A stretch of DNA of 64,000 nt from Candidatus Babeliales bacterium (GTDB taxonomy: Bacteria > Babelota > Babeliae > Babelales > JANWKD01). Shown piece by piece: positions 47,854 to 59,048 of the stretch (position 1 is its first letter; the number at the start of each line of letters is the position of its first letter). Where the stretch lies: assembly GCA_963722075.1 (NCBI GenBank), contig CAVRJM010000001.1, forward strand, positions 1,088,001 through 1,152,000, written 5' to 3'. Under the pieces are notes generated by a model, which was not told the origin of the DNA, did no database searches, and saw only the letters and a list, made by a program, of their open reading frames with translations. The position numbers and the translations under genes are program-made.

Positions 47854-50421
47854 ATGAATATTGAACAATTTACCACCTCAAGCCAAGAGCTCATTAATAA
47901 AGCAGCATTTATCGTAAAGCAGTATAATAATCCGGCATTAACGCCGCTTCATTTATTAGCTGCAGCGCTCGAATCTGAATTTTGTCGCTCTTTTTTTGAA
48001 GTATTACATGTTTCATTAACAACACTTACTTCATTAGTACAAACTGAACTTAACAAATTACCCCAAGTACAAGGTGCGCAATTAGCAATTGATTATACCA
48101 CCGAACGTTTTTTAGATGAGGTACAAAAAGAAGCAACTAAATTGGGCGATTCCTACATAAGCTTGGAACACTTTTTGCTGGTATGGGCTACCACTACATA
48201 CCTTCCTCAATCAATTCGAGATTTTTTTAAGCAGTCCCATTTCACCTATACAGCGATCATGAATCATATGAAAACAATGCGCAAGGGAAAAAACGTGAAA
48301 GAAAAAAACGCTGAAAAACAATATCAAATTTTAGAAAAATATTGCCAAAATGTTACCGATCAAGCGCGCCAAGGAGTACTTGATCCGGTTATTGGACGGC
48401 ATGAAGAAATACGCCGTGTTATACAAATTCTTTCACGCCGCACCAAAAATAATCCGGTTTTAGTAGGAGAGCCGGGCGTTGGTAAAACCGCAATCGTAGA
48501 AGGAATTGCACAACGTATTATTAATAACGATGTTCCTGAAAGTTTGCGTAACAAACAAATATTTTCTTTAGATTTAGGATTACTAATCGCTGGCACTAAA
48601 TATCAAGGGGAATTTGAAGAGCGCATTAAAGGAATTTTAAAAGAAATTGAAGAGCGTCCTGATGATGTTATTTTGTTTATTGATGAATTGCATATGATTA
48701 TCGGCGCGGGCGCTTCTGGTGGTGGCGGCATGGATGCTTCTAATTTAATGAAACCAGCACTTGCACGCGGACAACTTCATTGCATTGGGGCAACTACGCT
48801 CAAAGAATATAAAAAATATATAGAAAAAGATGCGGCATTAGAGCGGCGTTTTCAAAAAGTACTCGTAGAAGAACCAACGGTAGAAGATGCCATTTCAATT
48901 CTGCGTGGTCTTAAAGAACGGTATGAATTGCATCACGGTATTCGCATTAAAGATCAAGCGTTGGTTGACGCTGTTTTATTGGCTGATAAAAATATTGCTG
49001 ACCGTTTTTTGCCCGATAAAGCAATTGATTTAGTTGATGAAGCCGCAGCAATGGTAAAAATGTCAATTGATTCGCAACCATTTGAAATTGATCAATTAGA
49101 GCGCAAAATCAGACAATTAGAAATTGAAAAAGTAGCATTACAAAAAGAAAAAGAAGACAGCGCTGCACAAGAGCGACTTAAGCAATTAGATCACGAATTA
49201 CAAGAATTAAAAGAAAAAAATAAAACGTTACTCAATCAATGGAAAGCAGAAAAAGAGCCGCTTGAAAAAATTAATAAAATAAAAGAAAAAATAGAACTTG
49301 CCAATGTTGAATTTCAGCAAGCAGAGCGTGATGGTAACTATGCACGTGCTTCAGAAATAAAATATGGCACCTTAGTAAAATTGGAGCATGAACTTGCTCA
49401 ATTACAAGAAAAATTAAAATCACTTTCTACGCACATGATTAAACAACAAGTTGATGAACATGATATTGCCAAAGTAATATCTCGTTGGACCGGGATCCCG
49501 GCAGAAAAATTACAAACTAATGAAGCACATAAAATTTTAACCATGGCTGATATTCTTAAAAAACGAGTAATTGGGCAAGATGAAGCGATTGAAAAAATTA
49601 CGCATGCAATTCAATTGCATCGCACCGGTTTAGTTGATCCTAATAAACCAATTGGCTCGTTTCTTTTCTTAGGACCTACGGGTGTAGGTAAAACAGAAGT
49701 TGCTAAAACGCTCGCTGATTTTCTTTTTAATGATCCTAAACGCATTATCCGTATTGATATGTCAGAATACATGGAAAAACATGCCGTAGCACGCCTTATT
49801 GGTGCACCACCGGGTTATGTTGGTTATGAAGAAGGCGGCCAACTAACTGAGCAAGTACGCCAACATCCATATAGCGTGGTGTTATTTGATGAAATAGAAA
49901 AAGCGCATCCAGATGTTTTTAATATTTTTTTACAAATTCTTGATGAAGGCCATTTAACTGATAGCCAAGGGCGTACCGTTTCATTTAAAAATTGTATCAT
50001 TATTATGACTTCTAATATCGGCTCTGATATTATTTTACAAGCGGAATCCATTACTGAAAAAGTTAAACAACAAGTTGAGCAACTCTTGCATCAACGTTTT
50101 AAACCGGAATTTTTAAACCGAATTGATGCACTAGTATTTTTCCATCAACTTACGCCGGAAGATGTACAACATATTGCTCAATTACAAATTCATGAATTAA
50201 AAGAACGCCTTACCGAACGTCATATCAATGCAACCATTGATGAAGCGGTGATTAAAAAAGTAGCACAAGAAGGTTATGTAAAAGAATTTGGTGCCCGCCC
50301 GCTCAAAAGAACCATTCAGCGGCTTATTACCGTGCCAATTTCACAATACTTACTGAAACATCCTGATACAAAAACAATACGTGTAGCACTTGAAAAAGAT
50401 GAAATTGTTATTAAAGGATAA
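47854..50421 (+). CDS. clpB: Chaperone ClpB
   Basis: Two AAA+ modules ([16 protein letters not shown]), a long M-domain coiled coil and GARPLKR. Confidence 0.96.
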   Translation: MNIEQFTTSSQELINKAAFIVKQYNNPALTPLHLLAAALESEFCRSFFEVLHVSLTTLTSLVQTELNKLPQVQGAQLAIDYTTERFLDEVQKEATKLGDSYISLEHFLLVWATTTYLPQSIRDFFKQSHFTYTAIMNHMKTMRKGKNVKEKNAEKQYQILEKYCQNVTDQARQGVLDPVIGRHEEIRRVIQILSRRTKNNPVLVGEPGVGKTAIVEGIAQRIINNDVPESLRNKQIFSLDLGLLIAGTKYQGEFEERIKGILKEIEERPDDVILFIDELHMIIGAGASGGGGMDASNLMKPALARGQLHCIGATTLKEYKKYIEKDAALERRFQKVLVEEPTVEDAISILRGLKERYELHHGIRIKDQALVDAVLLADKNIADRFLPDKAIDLVDEAAAMVKMSIDSQPFEIDQLERKIRQLEIEKVALQKEKEDSAAQERLKQLDHELQELKEKNKTLLNQWKAEKEPLEKINKIKEKIELANVEFQQAERDGNYARASEIKYGTLVKLEHELAQLQEKLKSLSTHMIKQQVDEHDIAKVISRWTGIPAEKLQTNEAHKILTMADILKKRVIGQDEAIEKITHAIQLHRTGLVDPNKPIGSFLFLGPTGVGKTEVAKTLADFLFNDPKRIIRIDMSEYMEKHAVARLIGAPPGYVGYEEGGQLTEQVRQHPYSVVLFDEIEKAHPDVFNIFLQILDEGHLTDSQGRTVSFKNCIIIMTSNIGSDIILQAESITEKVKQQVEQLLHQRFKPEFLNRIDALVFFHQLTPEDVQHIAQLQIHELKERLTERHINATIDEAVIKKVAQEGYVKEFGARPLKRTIQRLITVPISQYLLKHPDTKTIRVALEKDEIVIKG

Positions 50422-50465
50422 GAAAATACGTTACACCGCTTTTCGTGATGACGAAATCAGAAAAC

Positions 50466-50495
50466 TGTCGTTGCGAGTTTACGAAGCAATCCAGG
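50466..50495. repeat. Palindromic repeat unit
   Basis: TGTCGTTGCGAGTTTACGAAGCAATCCAGG, an inverted near-copy of 56863..56892. Confidence 0.85.
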
Positions 50496-50594
50496 TTAAA
50501 AATGCAAATGTCGATTTCTACTAGACAAAATACTTAAGCATACGTTATTATTGGGCACAAGAATATTAACACACAAATAGTTGAAGGAAATAAC

Positions 50595-51530
50595 ATGACA
50601 ATATTCAAAAAAAATATTTTTTTTACCTTAACATTATCTCTGTTAGCTCAATCATGTATTGAAGCAAAATATTGGAATTGGGATCAAGATCCTGCTGATC
50701 CAGAAGCAGTAAAGCGTATATTTGAACAAACTATGGAGAGCGAATTACAACCACATAGTCAATCTGAAAAAGTGAAAAACACCATTCAAAACGCTAAATC
50801 AAATAAAGCAAACAATTTTAAGCAACTCGTTGCATGGAAATATTTATCAAAATATGAAGCAAAATCTGAAGCAGAGCAAGGTGGTCGCGACGAATCTATT
50901 AATTTAGCATTAAACATTATGTATGCTGAAATCGGAGATCAGTTAGATAATGCTATCAAAAAGCAAGACAAAGCTGCAACTGATGAAGATCTAAAGAGAA
51001 TTTATCATAAAATAAAAGATGTTATTAAACAAAAAATGCGCTCTGCTTACCGTCCTGCAACGGTGTTACAAGATTTCACTAAACCAGATTCTTACAATAC
51101 TACCAAAATAGAACAGTTGGTTAATCAAGAAGTTGCTAAACTCCCTAGTAATTTTAAAGAAAAACATTTTAGTGAAAATGATATCGTAGAGGTTTATCCA
51201 CAAAATAAAGTTGATCAAATGCGTTTACGCGTTCAACAAGGTAAAGTATGGCGAGAAGATGATTGTGCTGTTTGTGGCGAAGAATTTAGTACGCTTGGCA
51301 AACGAGTAAATTTAGAATGTGGGCACGCAATAATGTGCATGAAATGCGCTGTTGCCTCCATGCATATCTATAAAAAATATAACTGTCCAGTTTGCAGAGC
51401 CGCTATTGATCCAAATGATTTCTCACTCCGTTATCTCAAAAGTAATATGAAAGAATATGATTACAAAATATTTGAAAAGCTAGATCAGAATACCATGAAA
51501 CAAATCATGGATCTTTTTAAACGCGTTTAA
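50595..51530 (+). CDS. Secreted RING-HC (C3HC4) protein, putative E3 ligase effector
   Basis: Signal peptide; CAVC...CGHAIMCMKC...CPVCR. Confidence 0.85.
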   Translation: MTIFKKNIFFTLTLSLLAQSCIEAKYWNWDQDPADPEAVKRIFEQTMESELQPHSQSEKVKNTIQNAKSNKANNFKQLVAWKYLSKYEAKSEAEQGGRDESINLALNIMYAEIGDQLDNAIKKQDKAATDEDLKRIYHKIKDVIKQKMRSAYRPATVLQDFTKPDSYNTTKIEQLVNQEVAKLPSNFKEKHFSENDIVEVYPQNKVDQMRLRVQQGKVWREDDCAVCGEEFSTLGKRVNLECGHAIMCMKCAVASMHIYKKYNCPVCRAAIDPNDFSLRYLKSNMKEYDYKIFEKLDQNTMKQIMDLFKRV

Positions 51531-51534
51531 TTAT

Positions 51535-51560
51535 GAAGGGCCCTTTCACAGGGCCCTTTC
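51535..51560 (+). terminator. Intrinsic terminator
   Basis: AAGGGCCCT-TTCAC-AGGGCCCTT stem followed by a T-rich tract. Confidence 0.7.
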
Positions 51561-51605
51561 TTTATATTTTCTTATTTTTCTCTTTGGTAAAAAACAGAGT
51601 ATACG

Positions 51606-53327
51606 ATGCATCTTTATTTAATTATTTTTTTAGCACTTTCTTTTTCAACTATTTCTCTGCCCATGGAGCATGATTCTGATGTTCTCATGCAGGATAAATT
51701 GCCACCACCTAACGCGAAATCCTGTGTGCAAGATTTAGACATCTTATATACAAAAAATAGTTCAGTAGCATGGAAAGGGTTATGGATTCTTAATAATCTT
51801 CTTAAGAAAAAATCATCGAATGATCTATTAACTTATTATAGAGATATGCTCAGAGCCACCCTAGGTGCAACAAATAAACCCTTATTCATTGATTATTTTA
51901 TCCCTCGTTTAAACGACCTCATTAGAACAGCTCCCCTATTATCCGATGAATCAGCACTCATGGATTCATTAGAAAGTATTATTTCATTACTCAATGAACA
52001 ATATCCAACTGAGGCATTAAAACATACCGCTCGATTAATAAAAAAACGAAAACTAAATGATCGCAAAGGAAAGCAACGAATCAGATATGATGCGCCCGAA
52101 CAATCACATTCTAATGGCACTGAAAAAAATACCATCGATATCGATGCTTTAGAAAAATCGCATAATGGATCAGTGCTCAATTTTACTAAAAAATTTGAAG
52201 ATTTTATTACATCAAAAATGGGAAATTCTCGTGACCAGCTTATTGGCAATTTAGCCGATTTTATTGGTACCCATTACCAATCGCACCCCTGGGTTTCTGC
52301 TTATTGCTATTTAAAAATGCATCTGACACCTTCCAACAGTCAAGATACACTTTTCTTTGCGCTCATGGAAAGCATTAATAGTACGTGTCTACCGCATTTA
52401 TGCCAAAATAAACAAATACAAGAATTTATTGATTCTTTCACCCAAGATGCACAACCATTAGAAATTGAAGAAGCAACACCTGCTTATTTATATGATCCAC
52501 TTAGCATTACAACGGATCTCGGGGATCAACCATGCTTATGTATTGCCCAAAAAAATCTACTAATTATCGCAGATAAGGATTTAACTATCTATGATGTTGC
52601 AAAAAAAGCGTCGGTTGCTGCTCATCCCCTGACTACTGGTATTATTGCTCTTTGTCATACGCCGGTTACTGCATATCTTCCACCAACGATCATGACTGAC
52701 TTATTACCGTATGGTGATAAACTATATCTATTATCATCAAATAATAACACTATTAAATCAGCTTTACTTTCTCCCGGTCATGATTATTTGCTTACTCTCG
52801 ATTCAGACAATACTCTTTACGCTCTTAATATTGAAGAAGAATATAATCGTAGACAATCCAATGCTAAAGAAGAAGGGCATCAGCGGATTGCAACCCAGAG
52901 TTCTTTAGATTCTGTATTATTTTTAAATAATCACAAATGTTTAGTGGGCAATTACCCTATGGCCTTGATTTGTAATTTAAAAAAAAGAAAAACTAAATCA
53001 ACAAATTATACTAATTTAAGTTATGCTACCTTATTAAATAAAATGCTCCTTACGGTGCAAGATCATACCACCCTGCATCTTTGGGACCGCAGCCAACAAA
53101 AGCGAATGATACTGGCTGATGAAAGAAAAATAAGAGGGTTAGTAAGTTTTTCGGATTTTGCAGTAGTTGCCGGTCTTGAAAATATGCTCATTTATCATAA
53201 GGATCACGGACTTATTGAAAATATAGCAGTTAAGGAATCCATTACCGCGCTGCAAAAAACCGAAAACAAATTATTTGTACATTGTTCCGATAATAAATTA
53301 TTAGTATATTCAGCACGAGAAAATTAA
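51606..53327 (+). CDS. Secreted protein with C-terminal WD40-like beta-propeller
   Basis: Signal peptide followed by MEH; LTIYD, LHLWD and ITAL repeats. Confidence 0.6.
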   Translation: MHLYLIIFLALSFSTISLPMEHDSDVLMQDKLPPPNAKSCVQDLDILYTKNSSVAWKGLWILNNLLKKKSSNDLLTYYRDMLRATLGATNKPLFIDYFIPRLNDLIRTAPLLSDESALMDSLESIISLLNEQYPTEALKHTARLIKKRKLNDRKGKQRIRYDAPEQSHSNGTEKNTIDIDALEKSHNGSVLNFTKKFEDFITSKMGNSRDQLIGNLADFIGTHYQSHPWVSAYCYLKMHLTPSNSQDTLFFALMESINSTCLPHLCQNKQIQEFIDSFTQDAQPLEIEEATPAYLYDPLSITTDLGDQPCLCIAQKNLLIIADKDLTIYDVAKKASVAAHPLTTGIIALCHTPVTAYLPPTIMTDLLPYGDKLYLLSSNNNTIKSALLSPGHDYLLTLDSDNTLYALNIEEEYNRRQSNAKEEGHQRIATQSSLDSVLFLNNHKCLVGNYPMALICNLKKRKTKSTNYTNLSYATLLNKMLLTVQDHTTLHLWDRSQQKRMILADERKIRGLVSFSDFAVVAGLENMLIYHKDHGLIENIAVKESITALQKTENKLFVHCSDNKLLVYSAREN

Positions 53328-53330
53328 TTT

Positions 53331-54563
53331 ATGGTTTTTATATTTTTATTATTTTATTTATTATCTCTTACTCCACTGCAATCCATGGAGGCACCCGAAG
53401 ATGATTCCGTTACTTGTTTAATAGGCATATACAACTTCCACAAAGAGGCAGACATCGAAGCAGAAGGGATCGCTCTTGTAGAAAGCGCACTACAAGAATG
53501 GCTCATTACAAATCAGCCGGCAAAACGAGATTCCATTATTGATAATTTTATAAAATTATTAGAAGGGGCTTGCAAGTACAAAATACCTCCTTTAATAACT
53601 CTTACCTGCGTATATCTTACTAAATATTATAAAAACAATTTTGATACACCTGAAACTGCACCAGAAAAAACTGCAACACAAATACAAGAAACTGCACTGC
53701 GTTTATATAATGAATTGCTCAAACTAAATCCACAAGCAAAACACACAGAATTATTTAAATTGACGCAAATTAAGTCGAGTAATCAGAGTAATATTGTTAC
53801 ACAAGCTTTTATAGCAGAAGCTACTGCCACTCAACCTTATCTGCCACCACGAACTTCGCAACCAACTATAACAACCAAGCCTAAACCCGTTTTTAAAGAC
53901 GATAAACAGAATAGCATTGAACTACGCAGCAGTAATGAAACAACCTTTTACGCAATAGTAGATAAATCACCGATACCCCGTACTGATAACCCTACTAACT
54001 CTTTTATTGCTTCCGATCATTATCTTGTTACTTGCAATAAAAACGATATAAAAGTAGATAATCAAGCGCAAGGGCGTCGTTTTACTCTCCAAGGCCATAC
54101 AGCTCCAATTTTATCAGTACATTTTATTACCACCCATAAATTAATAAGCCGCTCACGCGATGGTTGTATCTTTTTGTGGAATTTAAATAAACAAACTTAC
54201 AAAGTATTATCAAATAATAAAGATGACAAACTACGAGCGCTTGCAATTGCGCAAGGTACTATGTTTAGTCTTCACGATAACCGTATAATCAAATTTTGGG
54301 ATAGAAGTAAAAAAAGCGCATTGCCAGTACATTCCGAGGTGTTGCCAATTATTTCGGATATTGCTCTTTTTAAAAATTGTTTAGTAGCTGCAGTAGCAAC
54401 CTATTTAAAAATATGGCCTAAACATGATAGTTTTTATGAAACTCGCGATATAAACTTAAAGAATTCTTGCCCAATTACTAAATTGAGCGCTTCTGATAAC
54501 CTTTTGATGGCTTTCAATGAACAGGGTAAAGTGCATATTGTAAGTGCCGTAAAAAAAGAGTAA
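53331..54563 (+). CDS. Secreted WD40-repeat protein
   Basis: Signal peptide followed by MEA; LQGHTAPILSV...SRSRDGCIFLWN and IIKFWD. Confidence 0.75.
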   Translation: MVFIFLLFYLLSLTPLQSMEAPEDDSVTCLIGIYNFHKEADIEAEGIALVESALQEWLITNQPAKRDSIIDNFIKLLEGACKYKIPPLITLTCVYLTKYYKNNFDTPETAPEKTATQIQETALRLYNELLKLNPQAKHTELFKLTQIKSSNQSNIVTQAFIAEATATQPYLPPRTSQPTITTKPKPVFKDDKQNSIELRSSNETTFYAIVDKSPIPRTDNPTNSFIASDHYLVTCNKNDIKVDNQAQGRRFTLQGHTAPILSVHFITTHKLISRSRDGCIFLWNLNKQTYKVLSNNKDDKLRALAIAQGTMFSLHDNRIIKFWDRSKKSALPVHSEVLPIISDIALFKNCLVAAVATYLKIWPKHDSFYETRDINLKNSCPITKLSASDNLLMAFNEQGKVHIVSAVKKE

Positions 54564-54569
54564 TAACTA

Positions 54570-55307
54570 ATGAGCCATTACACATTTGTTTTAAATTGGA
54601 AAATGTATTTTTCTTTCGATCAGGCAAAGCAATGGCTTGAAGATAATAAAAACGCGCTCGAAGAATTGGCGCATGATCAATCTTTCATTTTGTGCCCTTC
54701 GCATGAATCATTATGGCTTACCACTGCAGCGCTAGAAGGTGCGGCCATAGAAATAGGAGCACAACAGTGCTCGGCGCATGAACTCGGTGCTTATACAGGT
54801 CAAGTATCAGCTGCTTCATTGCATGATATGGCAATTAACTATTGCCTTGTTGGCCATAGCGAAGCGCGCATGGCATTTCATGAAACTAATGAGCAGTTGT
54901 ATAAAAAACTAGAATTGCTTACCAAGTTTGGAATAATTCCCATTTTTTGTATCGGAGAAACGCTTAAGGAGCATGAACAAAAAAAAACGTACGAGGTGCT
55001 CCATCAACAAGTAGAACCATTACTACGAGCTACTTCATTACATAACACTCCTTATTTTATTGCCTATGAACCTGTTTGGGCTATCGGTACTGGCAATGTT
55101 GCTTCTGCTTATTATATTCAGGAAGTATTAGCCTGGATAAAGGATATATTCACAAATGCTACCGCACCAATCACGCTATTTTATGGGGGTACCGTTAATG
55201 CTGACACGATTGAATCTTTAAAAGCAATTCCACTTATTGATGGCTTTTTAATTGGAAAAGCAAGTACAAATTTTCAAGAATTAAAAAAAATTGTATCATT
55301 GATGTAA
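54570..55307 (+). CDS. tpiA: Triosephosphate isomerase
   Basis: NWKM, GAYTG, GHSE, AYEPVWAIGTG and YGG motifs. Confidence 0.95.
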   Translation: MSHYTFVLNWKMYFSFDQAKQWLEDNKNALEELAHDQSFILCPSHESLWLTTAALEGAAIEIGAQQCSAHELGAYTGQVSAASLHDMAINYCLVGHSEARMAFHETNEQLYKKLELLTKFGIIPIFCIGETLKEHEQKKTYEVLHQQVEPLLRATSLHNTPYFIAYEPVWAIGTGNVASAYYIQEVLAWIKDIFTNATAPITLFYGGTVNADTIESLKAIPLIDGFLIGKASTNFQELKKIVSLM

Positions 55308-55334
55308 ATAGGAATTTGATATTCTGAAATTTGA

Positions 55335-55417
55335 TGGATCCTCACGTCGCTTACGCTCCTCAGGATGACGGGCAGCATTTATGTCATTCTGAGGCCTTTA
55401 GACCGTAAGAATCCAGG
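55335..55417. repeat. Tail-to-tail palindromic repeat pair
   Basis: TGGATCCTCACGTCGCTTACGCTCCTCAGGATGACG...TGTCATTCTGAGGCCTTTAGACCGTAAGAATCCAGG. Confidence 0.85.
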
Positions 55418-55453
55418 TATACATATAAATAATCTTAATTATTGGAGAAAAAT

Positions 55454-55780
55454 ATGATCTATGGCTTATTATTAACACTCTATTTGATAGTATGCTTATT
55501 CCTTATCCTATTGGTTCTGATTCAAAAGGGTAAAAGCTCTATGGGAATTGGTAACTTAGGTGGTGGCGTTCAAATGCTTTTTGGCGGGTCAGGTGGCCAA
55601 GATTTATTCCAAAAAACCACGTGGGCATTAGGAGCTATCTTTATGGCTGGTTCATTATTTTTATCTATTCTTAAAACACATCAATATAATCAATCACGCT
55701 ATATTACAGAACGCCCAGCCATCACCATGCCTAAAGAAGCTCCGGTAAAACCTGAAGCTCCTGCACCAACGCCACAATAA
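55454..55780 (+). CDS. secG: Preprotein translocase subunit SecG
   Basis: LVLIQKGK..G..GG...LFG..G...K.T pattern; tpiA-secG synteny. Confidence 0.92.
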   Translation: MIYGLLLTLYLIVCLFLILLVLIQKGKSSMGIGNLGGGVQMLFGGSGGQDLFQKTTWALGAIFMAGSLFLSILKTHQYNQSRYITERPAITMPKEAPVKPEAPAPTPQ

Positions 55781-55784
55781 AACT

Positions 55785-56558
55785 ATGGTTATATCTCTGA
55801 TCAATTCTATTGGTAGTTATGTTATATCAATGTGTAATATGATGGGGCTATTTGCACTTTTTTTATTGAACGTCATAAAGACCGCATTCACTACTAAACT
55901 TAAAATGAAAAAGGTGCTAGCGCAACTTGATGAAATTGGCTTTAACTCGCTGGTGATCGTTGTTTTAACGGGCACCTTCACCGGTGCGGTATTAGCATTG
56001 CAAACGTATATCGGGGTGCGCCGGTATGGTGGTGAAGAATTTATCGGGCCCATTGTTGCACTAAGTATGGCACGAGAATTGGGGCCGGTGATTACCGGCT
56101 TAATGGTAACGGGCCGCTCGGGATCTGCAATTGCAGCAGAAATAGGAACCATGCGCATCACTGAACAAATTGATGCGTTACAAACCTTACGCATTAATCC
56201 TTTACAATATTTAGTAGTGCCACGCCTTTTGGCAGGCGCTTTTATTTTACCGTTTCTTACGATGTTTTCGGTAATTTGCGGCATTATCGGCGGCTATTTT
56301 ATTGCTACCAGCGTTTTGGGCCTTAATGGAAACCAATATATTAACGGCATCAAGAAGTATTTAGAATATTCTGATGTTACCAATGGTCTTATTAAATCAA
56401 GTGTTTTTGGATTTATTTTAACCTGGGTAGGCGCCTTTAAAGGGTACCTTGCTGATGGTGGTGCGCGCGGTGTTGGTTTGGCTACCACGCAAAGTGTGGT
56501 CATGGGATCTATATTGCTACTGCTCGCTAATTATTTCTTAACCTCAGCACTGTTTTAA
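55785..56558 (+). CDS. mlaE: MlaE family ABC permease
   Basis: RELGPV, GRSGSAIAAEIGTMRITEQIDAL and GGARGVG motifs. Confidence 0.92.
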   Translation: MVISLINSIGSYVISMCNMMGLFALFLLNVIKTAFTTKLKMKKVLAQLDEIGFNSLVIVVLTGTFTGAVLALQTYIGVRRYGGEEFIGPIVALSMARELGPVITGLMVTGRSGSAIAAEIGTMRITEQIDALQTLRINPLQYLVVPRLLAGAFILPFLTMFSVICGIIGGYFIATSVLGLNGNQYINGIKKYLEYSDVTNGLIKSSVFGFILTWVGAFKGYLADGGARGVGLATTQSVVMGSILLLLANYFLTSALF

Positions 56559-56656
56559 AAGTACAGAGTAGGAATTTTTCATGACCTAATACGCTGTATA
56601 CATGGCCACGAATTATACATTTTATATTCAAAGCCTAAAAAAGATGTATTAAAAGT

Positions 56657-56892
56657 CGTCGTTGCGAGCTTGCGAAGCAATCCAGGCTAAAAACGAGCCG
56701 GTATATAGCAGCAAAAAGTAATATTATAACATTATGATTTTTTACTATTCCAGAAAACAAATAAAAGAGAAAATAATATAATTATTCATCAAATTAATAA
56801 ATTAATACTAAGATAATTGTAAGTAACAAACATAACAAAACATAAAGAAATTTATAACTGAACCTGGATTGCTTCGTAAACTCGCAACGACG
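56657..56892. repeat. REPIN/MITE-like element: 30-bp inverted units around an AT-rich core
   Basis: CGTCGTTGCGAGCTTGCGAAGCAATCCAGG ... CCTGGATTGCTTCGTAAACTCGCAACGACG. Confidence 0.85.
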
Positions 56893-56958
56893 TATTGCAG
56901 ATTCAAGGCAATTGGTCAGGAGTAAGATCTTCTTGCATGCAAAAGCAAAGATGTAGAA

Positions 56959-57714
56959 ATGATTAAAATTATTAATTTACGTAAAAAATTTGATCATCGC
57001 TGGATTACCGATGGGGTCGATTTAGAAATTCCTGAAGGTAAGATGACGGTTGTTATCGGAAGGTCTGGTGAAGGTAAATCGGTATTACTCAAACAAATTA
57101 TTGGCCTTATTACTCCCACTTCAGGTGAAATTATTGTTGATGGCATAGATATTGTACCAATTGCGCAAAAAAACCCTGATGAAATTTTTAAACAATTTGG
57201 TTATGTATTTCAATTTGCAGCACTACTTGATTCTTTAAATGTGTTTGAAAATGTTGGTATCAGCTTACTAGAACAAGGAATGCCGCCGCAACAAGTGTTA
57301 CCAATCGTTAAAGAACGCTTAAAAATGGTTAATTTAAAAGAAGAGATTCTCAATCGAATGCCATCAGAAATATCAGGTGGTATGAGAAAGCGGGTAGGGC
57401 TTGCGCGCACGCTTATTAGTAAGCCAAAAATTATTCTCTATGATGAACCAACCACCGGTCTGGATCCAATTACCTCACGCGTTATTCATGAACTTATGTT
57501 TGATATGCAAAAGCAGCTTAATATCACGTCTATTGTTATTTCGCATGACGTTGAAATTTTTAAATACGCCGATTATGTTGCCTTATTGCATGAAGGCAAG
57601 ATTCGCTTTCATGGGGACGCCAAAACCATTTGGGAATCAGATAACCCCTATATTTATCAATTCATTCGCGGCCTCACTGAAGGGCCTATTCAAACAGAAG
57701 CTAAACAGGCATAA
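56959..57714 (+). CDS. mlaF: MlaF family ABC ATP-binding protein
   Basis: GRSGEGKS, ISGGMRKRV, LYDEPTTGLDP and SHD motifs. Confidence 0.9.
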   Translation: MIKIINLRKKFDHRWITDGVDLEIPEGKMTVVIGRSGEGKSVLLKQIIGLITPTSGEIIVDGIDIVPIAQKNPDEIFKQFGYVFQFAALLDSLNVFENVGISLLEQGMPPQQVLPIVKERLKMVNLKEEILNRMPSEISGGMRKRVGLARTLISKPKIILYDEPTTGLDPITSRVIHELMFDMQKQLNITSIVISHDVEIFKYADYVALLHEGKIRFHGDAKTIWESDNPYIYQFIRGLTEGPIQTEAKQA

Positions 57715-57722
57715 GCCAACCA

Positions 57723-57823
57723 TGTCATCCCGATCCGCCGCCGCGCAGCTTTGGAGATACAAGGCCTATCCCATCGAAGTTATTTATTCCGCTTTTGTCA
57801 TCCCGAGCTCGCGTGGGGATCCA
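57723..57823. repeat. Palindromic repeat units
   Basis: TGTCATCCCGA... and TGTCATCCCGAGCTCGCGTGGGGATCCA. Confidence 0.8.
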
Positions 57824-58030
57824 TTAATTAATCCCTAGCAATCCTCCCTTAATCATTGTTTCTATTTGAATTTTTTTATAGAAAAAAGCAACTTTAATAG
57901 TAAAAACAGCTTACGGCAAGCCTTTCTTATTGACACAAATCATATTATTGTTATAATTGTAATTTGAATGGATATTTTTAGATAAATAATTACAAACAAG
58001 TAATTTTCGCGGACAATTCAAGGGATTATA

Positions 58031-59026
58031 ATGGGGACTTTTGCTAAACCATCTTTATTGTTTATTTTACTCCTTTCTGCTGCATTACCAAGCTTTGGCA
58101 TGAATAAAACTAAATCTTTTTTTAAAAAAGGATTAGGAATAGCGGCAACAGTAGGAACAGGAGCATTAGTAGTCACCAATTATGGCCTTTCATTTGCACT
58201 TCCTGGCTCATTAGTTTACTCAAAGATCAAAGGTTCTATTAAGGAAAAGAAAGAATTACCCGAACCACCTGAATCAGTAAAACAATTTATTCAGGCAAAT
58301 TTAGCAATACAAGGAGTCCATAATAGTGATCAAATACAAATAAAACATGAACCAGTAGCAACACAAGCTAAAGCTGCATTGCATAGCCCATCGGTTTTTA
58401 ACAATACTGTTTTTGTTCCTTGTTATCCTAAATATTCACGATCTGAACAAAAAATACTACCACGCTCCATATTACAAGATACATTAGAAAAAAATGATGA
58501 GGATTATTATGAGCACGATAGAAAAATGCAACTAGCTGAACAATCTTTCATATATCGCCATGAAGCAAATCATATTAAATATCACGATACAAAAAAAATT
58601 TTAGGTGTATCTATATTTATTCCATGCGCTATCAAGGGAATATCATTTTTATTAAAAAAATCGTATAGACCAAAACAATTGCTTAAAAATCTCTTAGCAA
58701 TACCTGGCGGCATACTCACAACATATACTAATATTATTTTTTCCACCGCTTATAGAAGAATGACTGAACAACGAGCTGATGATGATATTGTTGCAGATGA
58801 TCCTAAAATACTTAAGGCTGGAATAAAATTCTTTAAACAAATGCAACGATATGAGCCCCATGAAAGAATCCCCGCTTCTTTTTCTGATCATTTATTGAAA
58901 ATAGCTACTAACATACGTACCCATCCTCGTCTTCAGCACCGCATTAATCGTTTAAAAGAGCGTAAGAAGGCACTTGAGGGATTAAAGCATAAAAAAATAA
59001 AAAAAACAAAATGGAATAATTATTAG
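58031..59026 (+). CDS. Secreted M48-like zinc metallopeptidase
   Basis: HEANH zinc motif, downstream EQRADD and THP; signal peptide followed by MNK. Confidence 0.7.
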   Translation: MGTFAKPSLLFILLLSAALPSFGMNKTKSFFKKGLGIAATVGTGALVVTNYGLSFALPGSLVYSKIKGSIKEKKELPEPPESVKQFIQANLAIQGVHNSDQIQIKHEPVATQAKAALHSPSVFNNTVFVPCYPKYSRSEQKILPRSILQDTLEKNDEDYYEHDRKMQLAEQSFIYRHEANHIKYHDTKKILGVSIFIPCAIKGISFLLKKSYRPKQLLKNLLAIPGGILTTYTNIIFSTAYRRMTEQRADDDIVADDPKILKAGIKFFKQMQRYEPHERIPASFSDHLLKIATNIRTHPRLQHRINRLKERKKALEGLKHKKIKKTKWNNY

Positions 59027-59048
59027 GAGCTTTTTAGAGGACAATCAT

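Noticed and set aside
55817..56503. Antisense ORFs over mlaE, and similar shadows over the P-ATPase, clpB, moxR and oxdC
   Set aside because: They are reverse-frame shadows of well-supported genes.
1015..57823. CRISPR array
   Set aside because: The ~30-bp palindromic repeats are dispersed and inverted, not regularly spaced direct repeats, and no cas genes are present.
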